64,000 bases of DNA from contig CBDBCZ010000016.1 of NCBI GenBank assembly GCA_965203295.1, positions 448,001 through 512,000 of the forward strand, in the 5' to 3' direction. A program made the position numbers and the translations under genes. Positions within the stretch are counted from its first letter, which is position 1; every line of letters begins with the position of its first letter. The notes beneath the pieces were generated by a model. It saw only the letters and a program-made list of their open reading frames with translations, was not told where the DNA came from and did not search any database. Below are positions 12,861 through 26,016 of this stretch, piece after piece. The stretch is from Nitrospirales bacterium (GTDB lineage Bacteria > Nitrospirota > Nitrospiria > Nitrospirales > UBA8639).

Positions 12861-12915
12861 TGGGCTTCTGGATAATTCGAAGCCCACCAAAAATTTACAC
12901 AAGAGTTATGAAAGT
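12861..12915 (-). ncRNA. Candidate Sm-class small RNA, array copy 8
   Basis: TATATAA 12942-12936; CATAA-CTC-TTGTG hairpin with U-G; AATTTTTGG 12895-12887; TGGGCTTC...GAAGCCCA 8-bp stem. Confidence 0.55.
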
Positions 12916-14194
12916 CTGTTATTGTGTTCACTAAGTTATATACATTCACTTGCTCAAACCCTTGTGGTCATACAAACTGAGTGCAAATAGGATACATGAA
13001 TACCAATATTGTGGAGTCTGGGGCATGGATGGCTGGGTATGAGACCATGCTCTAGCTTATTATTATGAGCTAGCAGTTACATAATCTTCTCAGTTACCAT
13101 TTTGTAAGGAAAAGCTGTAATATGCAGATACAAAGATCTCCAGTCTCGCGCCCAGACCTCTGCTTGCCCACACGCCAAACAGACACCATGCATGGCATCA
13201 AACTTAATGACCCCACTGCTGGAACATACATGAGTCCTTCAATGAAACTACTCCAGGTTTGCACTACTGCATGATGTACACTGCCTCGTCCCCAGACATT
13301 TATTCCAATCCTAAAGTCTGTAGCACTAATGGATTCAGAGGTAAATGTTAGCTACCAGGAGGGTAGATTCACGACCTTCCCTTGACGTCCAAGAACTACA
13401 ACTACATGTGCCCATTTACACACAATTACCTACCATTTTGAAGCCACTAACAGCAGAAAATACAGTTCCCCCAAGACTACTGGGAATTTGGAAACTAGCG
13501 GATACTACAGCGTAATACTATCCATCCATCACTGAATTACTATCTGTTACACAAGTAGAGTTTGCATCCATACAACTCCATGTGATGGTCTCGTGCCTTA
13601 TTGCCGAGCACCTTAGCCCGAGGCAGCTAAATTAAATCCTGTATCATATCGTATCACGGCTAGCGTTTGCATGAATGTATGTCACGTTACTGCGTACTCT
13701 GCATGGCGTAGTCGGCCCTTTTGTGGCTGAGTTCACACGTGCTAAGCCAATTCCATGCGTGTTGGCTGGCCATGGACAACGACAGCGAGATGAGAGGGCT
13801 AGGCGTCTTTCTACTTTCCGCAAGAGAAAGCAAAGAGAGGCAGCCACGACAGAATCGAAAAGTGTAAAGAGACCAGAACCACGAGAGCAGGTTCGTACAC
13901 TTACTAGGTAGATGCAAACCACACCTACTGAATGCACATGTGCAAGGCCTACACTGCGCATGTCAATGTTGGAGCGCCATTACATCACCAAACGGATGTC
14001 ACAGCACAGTCTCCATGTGGCCACTTCTACGGATACTGCAACTGTGATATCCGCGGTGTAATCAACCAATCACATTGCCAGTCCAGAATCTGGAACTGGG
14101 ACCACTGACGTAGCACTGCCCCAACGTCAGGTTTTCAGGGACCAGACCCACCGTTCCAATGTAGGGCTAACCCAGCACAGATCTACTTGTAATA

Positions 14195-14577
14195 GATTCC
14201 ATTAGAAGCCCTCCAAAATTCTTTATTCAACAAAGAGACTAGTCTCGTGCCCAGCCCCACGTTAGGAAGGTGGGTCTGGCTCCCCGCAAAATTCAAAGTT
14301 GGGGCAGCATTACGTCAGCGGTCCCAGATCTGGACCGGCAATCTGATTGGTTACTTATAGTATTACATCACTAAACGGTTGTAGTATCCGGATATCTACA
14401 CGAATGGCCACGTGGACACTTTCCGTTTGGTGATGTAATATGATGTAGCGCTAACCCAACTTTGAATACACGGGGAGCCAGACCCACTTTCTAACGTGGG
14501 GCTGGGCACGAGACTACAAAGAGACAAAACACTTGTGGGTTTCCTTGTCCAGAATAATTAAGGCACATGAATACAAT
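14195..14577 (-). pseudogene. Disrupted small-RNA copy
   Basis: Promoter boxes at 14526-14577 with the TATA segment deleted; AATTTTGG-AGGGCTTC at 14220-14205; split by the MITE at 14240-14516. Confidence 0.5.
14240..14516. mobile_element. 277-bp MITE (9-bp TSD)
   Basis: TSD CAAAGAGAC at 14231-14239 and 14517-14525; absent from the paralogous site near 8370. Confidence 0.9.
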
Positions 14578-15055
14578 CAAACAGGGACCCTATTCAAATT
14601 TCTTGACCTCATGGTTGAAGCATTACATGAGTCCTTCAATGAACTACTCCAGGTTTGCACTACTGCATAATGTGCACCGCCTCGTCCCCAGGCTCTCCCT
14701 CTAAAACATCATAAGACGAGGAAGAGCTTGATATCTTATCCCACAAAGTTTCGACTGCTATTGTAAGCAGGCTGGCTATTCTTCTCTTAGCTGCTGTTTA
14801 TTCCATCAGCTGAGCCACGTGTATGGATGATATCAATCATAACAACCTATATACCAAATGAAGAAATTAATCATGACAACCATAAACACATCAATGGCGA
14901 CCTAAATCTCCGTTGTCTAAGACACTCCGGGTAACCAAACCAAAAAAAAAAAAAACGGACACACTGAAGAAGTGATATATATCATATACACATGTATACA
15001 GCACATGACAATATAAAGGGTTAAATTTGTGAACACGATGGCATTATTTTATAAT

Positions 15056-15111
15056 AGGTTTAATCAGAGACCTCCCAACAAATGCTTAGAAGGCTGAAGG
15101 AACACATTCCA
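15056..15111 (-). ncRNA. Candidate Sm-class small RNA, array copy 9 (divergent)
   Basis: Promoter 15131-15203; Sm-like ATTTGTTGG 15083-15075; weak AGGT...ACCT hairpin. Confidence 0.35.
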
Positions 15112-15819
15112 AGTGACTAACACTTCCCAACTTATATTATAGCAGCACTAGCTCAAATCACTAGTGGGTTTCTTTGTCTGAAAATCACTGTAATTAGGGC
15201 ACACTAACACCATCCAACAGGGAACAGCATGGTGTCCTATCCAGCCATTCATGCCCCCAGACACAAGAGATTGGAGTGAGCCTGAGCAAGCACCACACTA
15301 GGGGGAAATTTAATGTGTTCAAAGGGGGATGCATGTGTTCAAAATAGCATCTCTGGCAGAAAAAAAAAAGCATTTTGTGATCGGTTGATGTGTAATCTTC
15401 ACAACAAGAGCACTCAAACACGCTTACTGGCAGTGAAACACTTTGACATTTGAGGACTCCATGGACCTTGCTCAAAGCACGAAAGCCGCAAATAGGAACA
15501 CTAAACAGATGCAAGAAACTGAAACAGCAGCATTAGTATTGGGCAGTAACCATTAAAAATTGTAATAATATCATGACACTTTGATAATCACAATTATTGA
15601 AGGCCTAGTCTGAAACTGGGAGGTTGGGTGATGCGACAATGCTGGGGGGGGGGGGGGAGTATGTAGTTTCCAAGCCTTGAAAGCCAGGGTTTACAGCGAT
15701 TAATAAACGAGAGCATGTCACATGTCGTTTAAAAGACCTACGTACCCTGGGAGCTCATGGTGTCTGCAGGGGTTAATCTCTGTTTTCATGATGATACTGA
15801 AATGCTGCAGCAGTATATA

Positions 15820-16415
15820 CCGTAGACTCGGGTTATCAAGCGTATGCGCTAGTTGGGACAATAGCAAAAATATATGCGCTACATAACGAAGTGCGCCACA
15901 TAACGGGAGTTAAAGGTTGACCACGCCTAGTTTTTCATGACGCCATTGCGGCAAAGTTACGGTAGCTAGCCATAAAATTGTTGCTGTTACCGGTGGCAGA
16001 TTACCAACTACCGAATGGAATCGTAGCTTATCAAACCGGTCGGCGATGTAACTCGGCAGAGAGCGGTCGGAAATGAAAATCGGCGAAGAGCGGTCTGAGA
16101 TGAGAGCGTGCTCGATCAACTTAAATGAGAATTGGTGCATGGTTGCTTCCTTTGTAGGCCTTTGACTTAGCTAGCCAGCAACTTGATGACTGGGCGGTTG
16201 CAAAGTGATCCCTAGAAAGTTTTCCTCTCACTAAGCTAGCTAGCAGTCTCCGTTCGATTTTGTGTGCAGTTGCTCGGCCCCACATTTCGTTTAATTGGAA
16301 TGTGCGCCTCTTAACGAGGTTTTGGCGGCTTTGGGCCAAGAACTAGAAGCGAGCATGCGTTAGATAGCGTATGTGCGCTACATAACGAAGTGCGCCTGCT
16401 AACCCGAGACTGCGG
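15820..16415. mobile_element. Tc1/mariner-type MITE (TA TSD)
   Basis: TA|CCGTAGACTCGGGTTA ... TAACCCGAGACTGCGG|TA. Second, inverted copy at 23910-24488. Confidence 0.85.
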
Positions 16416-16607
16416 TAGTGAACTGGCTTATGAAGCCACACTTATGCAGTGTCCTTTCATCCACACACACAGCAAGTCAGCCGTGTTACTCACGTGGAAA
16501 GTCAGAGAATGCCCTCTCCAACTGTCCTTTCATCGCTGCTAACCTGTCTCAAGCGTGGGGTAGTATTTCAACCCCTGTGCAGATCATCTTGTGTCTTTGT
16601 TCTGATA

Positions 16608-17146
16608 CCATAATGCTACAATATTTTGCGTGTGAGAAACCTCTGCGATTTTTCCATTTTGCGGCTAAATCAAGTACTTTGTGATCTTAACTTTGTGATT
16701 GTGGTGGCGGCATTCCCATTCTCGGCCGATCTCGGCTGAAGTGGGTATGTACCTTACGCTTCTTGGCCTTCTGTTGGCTGGTTTGCTTCTCCAACAGCTT
16801 CACACTCTCGTTCGCTTCGCGAGTTGCCACCGCTCCAATTGCAGTGTCTATGCGACTGGGGCTCGTAGTAAAATCAAGTAAAATACTGCCGAATATTCAT
16901 CTTGAAATAGCTGCTGCTGTAGAAGTATGAGCTTTACCTGCCACCTTCGCTGCTGTTTAAGGCCATCCATTAGGCCTACTGCTGCTTCTCCTGGGACAGC
17001 TTTTGATTCGATGTTCGTTAACCACACCCACTAAAAACCACGCCCACAAATTATTGTTTAATGTTTGTGATCTTATATTTACGATGCTGAAAGGACTCGT
17101 AAAATTCGCAAAAGTAAAGTTCACGCAAAATATTGTAGCATTACGG
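16608..17146. mobile_element. MITE (TA-type)
   Basis: TIR CCATAATGCTACAATATTTTGCGTG / CACGCAAAATATTGTAGCATTACGG. Confidence 0.7.
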
Positions 17147-17231
17147 CAGTACACTATACAGGAAACCATCTACTGGCCCCACACTGACTGGATATCAGAG
17201 GCTCTGACAAGTTCATTTACTCAGTAGCTAT

Positions 17232-17304
17232 AGGCTTCTGAATATATTCGAAGCCCCCCCAAAATTTCACATACTACTACTCAGTGGAAGAGGTGAACTT
17301 CAGG
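17232..17304 (-). ncRNA. Candidate Sm-class small RNA, array copy 10
   Basis: Promoter 17326-17400 (TATATAAG 17333-17326); TTCAC...GTGAA stem; AATTTTGG 17266-17259; GGCTTCGAATATATTCAGAAGCC hairpin. Confidence 0.55.
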
Positions 17305-19170
17305 AGTTAATAGACTTTGTCCCATCTTATATACCAGCACTCGCACAAAGTACTTGTGGGTTGCTATGTCAATCGGTAATTAGAACACATGAATACCATC
17401 ACAACAGGCATGGTGGCTGAGTGAGGCCATAGTCTACAGGAAGGCAGAGCTAGCAATCACATGGGACTGTACTCTACTTCAGCTACTGGAAAACTAGTGA
17501 TATGCAGGGCATAGTGGGGCAAGCCCGTGTAATAGAGAATTAGGGCACATGAAGACAATGATATGTCTGGAGCATGGAAGCCTGGGTATGAGACCATAAT
17601 CTAGCTAGGCAGAACTAGCAATTACTATTTTATTTAGCTACTAGATTCAGGAACCTCCAGTCTCGTATGCCAAACGGTGTATGAAGTCAAATTTTGACTT
17701 TATGGTTGGGGCATACATGAGTCCTTTGAACAAAACCAGTTTGCACTACTGCATGATGTGCATCGCCTCGTCCCCAGGCTCTCCCCTTGAAACATCATAG
17801 AACGAGGGAGAGCCCGGTATATTTTCTCATGGGATAAATTTAGCAGCAGTGAACTAACTAACAAAAACACTGTCAATTGGTAGGCTGGCTATCAAGTTAC
17901 AGACAACAAGAAGTCTCACACTGCCAGGATAACACCTGTGTAACTAGACTAGTGATATGCAGGGCACAGTGGGGCGAGCCTTTGCGAAGCATGTATCGTG
18001 CCGTAGAAAATGTGATGAAAATGAGGAAAAGTGTGCATGCACAAATTCTACAGAATCTGTGCAGTGACAGACTGAGATGATTTTAAGTGAGTAATTTGAG
18101 GAATGAAGGTGTACATGAATTTTGGGGAATATTCTAGAGTGCATTCCTGTCTGTATGCTGTCCTCTCTGCTCAGAGTGATGAGGTGTGGTTGGGAAGATG
18201 TAGGGATGGTAGCTACGCGGTAAATGCACTGCGATGTGATGTGTGGGTAGTCTGCACATGCATTGCGGTGTGCATTGTCGCTTGTTTCATTGGTTTTTGG
18301 GAAGTGTTTTTTGGTGGAAGTGCTGTAATTAGGGCAAACTAACACCACACTTTGACATTTGAGGACACCACGGACCTTGCTCAAAGCATGAAAGCCGCAA
18401 ATAGGAACACTAAAGAATGCAAGAAACTGAAACAGCAAAATTAGTGTAGGGCTGTAATCCAATAAACATTGTCGTCATATCATGATACATTAAGATCAAT
18501 AATGAAGGCCTAGAACCTCTAGTCTGAAACTGGGAGGTTAGGGTGAAGAGACAGGGCTGGGGGGAGGGGGGGGGGGAAGTAGGTGGGGGAGGGGGGTATG
18601 TAGTTTCCAAGCCTTGACAGCTAGAGATTATAGTAATTGATACATGAGAGCATGTCACATTTTGACCCAAAGACCTACGTACCCTGGGAGCTCATTGTGT
18701 CTGCAGGAGTTAATCTTTATTTTCACAATGATACCGAAATGCCGGCATACTAGTCACTGCAATGATTGAACAGAGTCATTACTGCCCAACTCTACAGCAG
18801 CAGTGAACTGGCTTATGAAGCCACACTTACGCAGTGTCCCCTCATCCACACACACAGCAAGTCAGCTGTGTTACTGATACGTAAAACCCAACCATATGCA
18901 TGCCACCTCCAACTGACCTTTCATTGCTGCTGCTTATCACAAGTGTGGGGTATTATTTCAACCCCTGTGCAGATCATTTTCTGTTGGCATCTACTATCAA
19001 GTTATGGAAAGGACAATCACTGGCCCCACACTGCCCGGATATCAGAGGAATGACAAGTACAGTGTACACGTACTGGTTAGTCAGAGAGTCGGTAGACTCT
19101 CTATGTAGGGATGGCATGGACACTCCATATACGCAATATAAAATCTATGTTTCCAAATCTCTCCAAAAAA

Positions 19171-21562
19171 TTACTTTTAAGCTTTCATAGACACCTAACC
19201 TTCATTTTCGGGGGTTTCTGCAACCAACAAGGCTCCCATAGTCGCCAAAAAGCTTCGTTGAAGTAGAAAACTGGAAGGTAGCTGAAATACCAGTTTGTTC
19301 ACGTTCTAATAATTCTGGTTTCTTAATATTATTATTATTCTTCAACAAAGCTAGCTCAAAATTGGTTCAAGTGATGGCCGTGATTGTAGCACGAAGGAAC
19401 TTCATTTTCGAGCGCGCAGGTCCACGACAACATTATTTTCATAACGATCAAACCGATTCTCGAACGTGATAATACAGTGCGCTCTGTCGAGCTGCTGCTG
19501 TCCAGTTTTACGCCATTTTATTTTTTGTACGCATGCGCGAAGATTGTCACATGACATGCACTTGGCAACCAGAGATCGTCATCGTGTGCTTTGTTTCACT
19601 GGAGTTGTTCTTTGGCAACTGGATTTGTGAACTTATTCATGCGGCTGGAATAATTATTTTCAACACTTAGAGTGCACATTTTTACCAAGGTGAGTAGCTA
19701 TTATAAGAACTTACTCGTGTCAGTATGAAGACAGCTAGCCCAACTACGTATATGCGTTAAATAGAGTATGGATGCATAGAGCTAGGCTGGCTACATCTTC
19801 ACTGGGCGAGAAAAGCCTCCGTACCTCACTCAAATAATTCTAGGCAAGGAAAGCCTGGGTATGAAGCATTCTCATGGTCTAGACTCACTTGGGGGGAGGA
19901 GTGAGGCTGAGAGCTTCCATGTCAACTACAAGACTAAAAAGTAATTACCGCAACATGAGAGTAAATGGCATTTCTTCTGCTGGATAGAAGCTCAGCTATT
20001 CACAACTAAAACCCAAACAGAAAATTGTGGTCGAGGCATTAGATGTAGTGCCATAGCAAGCTGATCGCTGCTGTGCGGTTAGTATTAGTTATAAATTCTG
20101 CATTCTTTACATGCGACCAGTCTGGAATAATCACATTCTTCTATGGCACAGAATGCTGTTCGTAGTGTCCAGACTCACTCCTCCCCCTGAGTGAGTCTGG
20201 CCCGTGAGATTGCTACTCTTACCTGTATTCCTAAGAAAAATTCACAAGTTGGGGTGTCCAGGATAACACACCGAAATTTACCTCTGTCTCTGAAACTTTC
20301 TGTCTGCGTTTTCAGGTACCATGAACTGCTTTTCCTTACTTGCTATCTATTGTCTTTACCTTTGGCAGTGCGGTCGGCTCGTTATGCATCTTAAGATAGA
20401 GTTCCAAATAGAGGTGGAGGTTTTTTTGGAGGAGGGAGATGCCCCTAGATCTCCTTAGAATGATGTCTGGTGTTCAAAACAAAAGCCCCTTGCCCCCCCA
20501 CCCACTAACCTGATCTATACTATGACAACCAAAATAATCTAGAAACCGAAAAATTTAAGAAGAACCTTTAGGGATGGAGTGCCTCTCATGTAACAACTTA
20601 TTTCATCAACTGGTATAATCATAACTTGTATTGGCGGTTACTAAAATCTGGAACGGAACGGAACTGTAGCGGAACGTTTCGTCCCGTTCCGCCTACTAAA
20701 ATGCGGAATGCCACACGCAGAATTCCCATTTTCTCGTACGTATGTAGATGCATAGATAATAGAGCATACCCTGGTATGCTTCTATTACGTGGTTTTAGCC
20801 ATTGAGCAGTACTTCATTTTGTTAGGAGTCAAGGAGGTTTTACAAAAGACTGGGTATGGCGATGCGACCAGTACCGCTACTGTACACCGGCTAGCTGCAT
20901 GGAATGGTTCGACAAGCAATGTTAAAAACATCGAGCAGAGCATATTGGATGATCCAAAATATGCCTAGTTCTGTAACAAAGCTCTAAAACCTGTAAAATA
21001 TTTTCTTAACATCTGTCGAAATACTCGTTCAGCTCTACAAAAAACGTAGCTGCCTACTAATTTAGGCCTACCTGTGCCTTTCCTGCCAAATTCTGAGAGC
21101 TAGCTTCCAAGCTACGGGCTGTGACTTCCTCGCCCGTTACAGTGTAGAGCTAGCAGCTCCATCGCGCATTCTAGTCTGGCTACGCGAGACTACGCGCATT
21201 CGTGCGTTCCGCATTTTAGTAGGCGGAACGGGACGGAACAAGACGGAAGGTTCCGCTACCGTTCCGTTCCGTTCCGGGTTTTAGTAACCGCCCTTGTATT
21301 TAATTATTTATTACTGATTCTAACAAGCATTAAAAAAAAACACAGAAACAAGAAAATGAAAAAAATTCAAAAAAAATTAAAAAGATGTAGGGATGGAGTG
21401 CCAAAAAGCAAGAAAACAAGGGTAGGGATAGCATGAACCCAACATACACAGCCCCAGCCCAACAAGGCTCCCATAGTCGCCGTTCCGTTCCAGATTAGTA
21501 GCCTTGTTGGTTGCAGAAACCCCCGAAAATGAAGGTTAGGTGTCTATGAAAGCTTAAAAGTA
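19171..21562. mobile_element. 2.4-kb segment bounded by about 63-bp inverted repeats
   Basis: TTACTTTTAAGCTTTCATAGACACCTAACC...CAACAAGGCT (19171-19234) is inverted at about 21499-21562. No TSD identified. Confidence 0.55.
20633..21292. mobile_element. MITE with GGCGG termini and 8-bp TSD (Merlin-like by TSD and termini)
   Basis: TIR GGCGGTTACTAAAA..GGAACGGAACGGAAC; TSD CTTGTATT at 20625-20632 and 21293-21300. Confidence 0.85.
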
Positions 21563-22172
21563 ACGTTAGAAGGGTGGGTCTGGCTCCCCGTATATTCATA
21601 GTTGGGGCAGCTGTATGTCAGCGGTCCCAGATCTGGACCGGCAATGTGATTGGTTGATTTATAGTACTACATCACTAAACATTTGCAGTATCCGGATATC
21701 CATGATAGTGGCCACGTGGACACTATCCGTTTGGTGATGTAATATGATGTAACGCCAACCCAACTTTGAATATACGTGGAGCCAGACCCACCTTTCTAAT
21801 GTGGGGCCGGCACGAGACTACAGTTTACTCAGCTACTAGATGCTGGAACCAAATTTCCCTCCAGTCTCGTACCCAGTCCACTGCTTTCCCACATGCCAAA
21901 CGGTGTATGAAGTCAACTTTCCATAATTGGAGCATACGTGAGCCCCCCTTCGAACAAAACCAGTTTGCACTACTGCATGATGTGCATCACCTCCTCCACA
22001 AACTCTCCCCTCTAAAACATCATAAGACGGGAGAGAGGCCAGTATCGAGATCAATTTACCAGCAGTGAATCAACTAACCAAACACTGTCTCTGGCTATAA
22101 AGTTACAGACAACCAGTAGACTCACATTGCCAGGATAACATGTAATGATACAGTAACTGAGATTGAGTTTAA

Positions 22173-22250
22173 CAGCACTTGCTCAAAACATTTGTGGGTT
22201 TCCACGTCAGTCAGTACGAAAGGTAATTATGGAACATGAATACCATCACA
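22173..22250 (-). promoter_or_regulatory. Orphan array promoter (no TATA, no RNA body)
   Basis: TATTCATGTTCCATAATTA and GGAAACCCACAAATGTTTTGAGCAAGTGCTG are present; the downstream TATA, Sm site and hairpin are absent. Confidence 0.5.
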
Positions 22251-22692
22251 ATAGGCTGGGGCATGAACGGCTGGGTATGAGACCGTGCTCTAGCTTATGG
22301 TGGAGTCTAGGGCATGGGTATAAGACTTGTAGCATAATACTTTCAAATAGCATCAGCAGTGATTACGAGAACTCTCGAGTGGATGCTTGCCATTTCACGC
22401 CATTGTATGACTAGAATTGCGTGTTCGTCTATTAAATACCTTTGATAGTGCTGTCCGCTCTGGTAGTTCGTGACTGCAGAAGTTACACAAACTGCAGCTA
22501 TAAAAACAAAGACTTACTCACATGGCTGATTATAGTTTCGTGATACAAATACGGAAAAGACCCGCCCAGTCATTCATCTAATTATAAGTATATACAGGGG
22601 AAATACAAACCATGTGAATACTACGCCTTATACCAGCTGCATGACCATGTAGCTGGTATAATTTCACGCACACTCTAGACTGTATCTCTCAC

Positions 22693-22914
22693 CAGGGCCT
22701 TTTCCAGCTGAAGGAAGAATATGACAGTGTTGCCAATCTCCTTAAAGGCCTGGAACACATCGGTCCGGAGGTCTCGGTATGTGACCACGGGGGTGAGCTG
22801 GGCCTGGTAGAAGCCCAGGATTCCCTTGGAGCCGTACTCGTAGAGGGGCAGCTTGCACTTCTGTGGCATCCCTTGAATCAGAGCCACCACATAGGGCTTG
22901 ATGGTGTTGTGGAT
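22693..22914 (-). pseudogene. CYFIP: CYFIP exon (IHNTIKPYV...QLEKAL)
   Basis: CAG| acceptor and |GTGAGA donor; open frame. Confidence 0.9.
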
Positions 22915-22916
22915 CT

Positions 22917-22947
<31 letters not shown>

Positions 22948-23146
22948 GAGTGCACGCATGAATGGATAGAAGTGCATATATATAATTTGTGCATGTGAAT
23001 GGTATACCCCATTACCCACTAAGCCATGAAGCCTCACAGCTGCAAATTATACCAACCCCCTTTACTTTCCCTAGCTACTTCACGTTGTGTATGAAAAATT
23101 ACCAGGCTTTCCCCCTACTCGCTGTTATACATAATAGAACAAATCA

Positions 23147-23601
<455 letters not shown>

Positions 23602-23675
23602 CTGTTAAAAAAGGAAATAAAGCAAGTTACAGACATCGAGCAGTGGAGTCCCACTGTGTACACGTAAGACTATAC

Positions 23676-23732
23676 CTGTACGTGGCGTTGTTTGAGAATG
23701 GTCACATGTCGGTTGGGGTTTGGGTGGGGGAA
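23676..23732 (-). pseudogene. CYFIP: CYFIP exon (FPHPNPNRHVTILKQRHVQ)
   Basis: Matches PPSNRYETLLKQRHVQ; CAG|GTATAG donor. Confidence 0.8.
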
Positions 23733-23838
23733 CTACAATCAGAAAATTGGGTTCTTGACATATAGAACCCACTAACAGTAGACTAGCAAAAGAAAAAAAA
23801 TAGCTACATGTACATATTCGTCCAACCTTGCTGCAATA

Positions 23839-25091
23839 GATAGATAATAGAGTAGAAGGAAAGGGATTGGAAACGGGAAGGTGCGACTCACACCTTTTCT
23901 ATGTGGCTACCGTAGACTTGGGCTATCAGGCGCACTTCGATATGTAGCGCACATACGCTATCAGGCGCATGCTCGCTTCTTCGCCCAAAGACGCAAAAAC
24001 CTCATTAAGAGGCGCATGTTCCAATCAAACGTAATATGGGGTGGAGTAACTGCACACAAAAACGAACGGAGACTGCTAGCTAAGTGAGAGGGATTACTTT
24101 GCAACTGCCCAGTCATCAAGTTGCTAGCTAACTAAGTCAAAGGCCTATACATGTAGAGGGAGCAAGCATGCACCAATCCTCATTTGAGTTGATCGAGCAC
24201 ACTCTCATCTCAGAACGCTCTCCGCTAATTTTCATCTCCAACTGCTCTCCGCCGAGTTACATCGCCGACCGCTTTGATAAACTGCGATCCCATATCGGCA
24301 GTTGGTAATCTGCTACCGGTAACAGCCACAATTTAATGGCTAGCTACCGTAACTATGCCGCGATAACGTCATGAAAACTAGGCGTGGTCAACCTTTAACC
24401 CCCGTTATGTAGCGCACTTCGTTATATAGCGCATATATTGTTGCTATTGTCCCTACTAGCGCATGCGCTTGATAACCCGAGTCTACGGTATACGCTAGAA
24501 GCCTACTACATGCAGCGTACCTATCCGTGTTTCGGTATTTACCATTCCAATGCTGATTATAATGGCAATTAACTCATTTACACTGTACGTAACCATGGCT
24601 GAACGGGTTAAACGCAAATTTCACATTTCATGTTTCAAGCTGAGAACTATCAGACTGTTTAATCTCAAGACTTTAGCTAGCAGACTATGAAAAAGGTACC
24701 GCTTGCTGTAACAGCGTCTTGTACTAGCATAGCAACGTGTTTTGTATACTACTACTTACCATGAGAATATGCCAGTGAGTTTGGCCTTTATAGCGCCCTG
24801 ATGGCAGTAGAGCCAGGCTTCATGCTTCAGTATTTTGTAGCCTAAGGTCCTGTGGACCCATTCATGCAATAATCATACTTTGGCTGAAAACCTACATGTA
24901 CCTTGCTCACTAAAGCGCTTTTTGCAAATCCGGACACATAGCGCACGCACGTGCGCAAATTGCAACGTAAACAGGTTAAAACCTAAGTGCTAATAAGTGT
25001 TGACGCGATAAACTTTAGTACTAGCGAAACGCGGATGGGTACGCGCAATAGAGCCGTTTCCAATCCCTTTCCTTCTACTCTATTATCTATG
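23839..25091. mobile_element. TIR element (ATAGATAATAGAG.. termini, P-like) with nested MITE
   Basis: 37-bp TIR ATAGATAATAGAGTAGAAGGAAAGGGATTGGAAACGG; no clean adjacent TSD; contains the TA-MITE at 23910-24488. Confidence 0.75.
23910..24488. mobile_element. Tc1/mariner-type MITE (TA TSD)
   Basis: Inverted copy of 15820-16415. Confidence 0.85.
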
Positions 25092-25172
25092 CACTAACTA
25101 ATCAAAACACAAGTTCACCTGAAAGGGGTTGGGAAGGGTAATTAATAATGATAATGAAAGGGAGGATTCTTA

Positions 25173-25535
<363 letters not shown>

Positions 25536-25579
25536 CTATTGACAACTACCTCCAACATACTTACATGTACCTGTATTCT

Positions 25580-26016
25580 CAGAGGAGGTGCGTCAAGGTT
25601 TGAATTATGCATTACGTCATGCACTAGCGTGCACTATTAAATGCGTTCTTTTAGCTATTACGCATGCGTACAAGTGCAGTTGGCAGCTAAAACCTCGATT
25701 TTCTCACTATTTTGCCGGGGGCTCAGAGGGGCTCAGCCGCTCAAAAGGCTTACTTATTGAAGGCAAATATCACAGAGCTAAAGATCGGGTTTAACTGCAA
25801 GAGTATATCGGTAAGCCACTCGCTAGGAGTACGGTAAATGCCTACAATGATGGTAGAAAGTATTGATTGCTGATGTGTAGCAGTCATTAGCTGGAAAGCC
25901 CTTTGAAAAGGTGACACAAAAACGTAGATTCTCTCTTGCAAGTAAAATTGCTCGATGCCCTTACTGGTCATGTGACTAGTTGACTCCTAGCACGTGATGC
26001 TGACGTACCTCCTCTG
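25580..26016. mobile_element. 437-bp TIR element (9-bp TSD) inserted at a CYFIP exon end
   Basis: TIR CAGAGGAGGTRCGTCA; TSD CTGTATTCT at 25571-25579 and 26017-26025, equal to the last 9 nt of the exon (RIQ). Confidence 0.85.

Noticed and set aside
13644..13961. Overlapping short ORFs in a block absent from the paralogous unit
   Set aside because: No recognisable domain or splice support; probably a repeat insertion.
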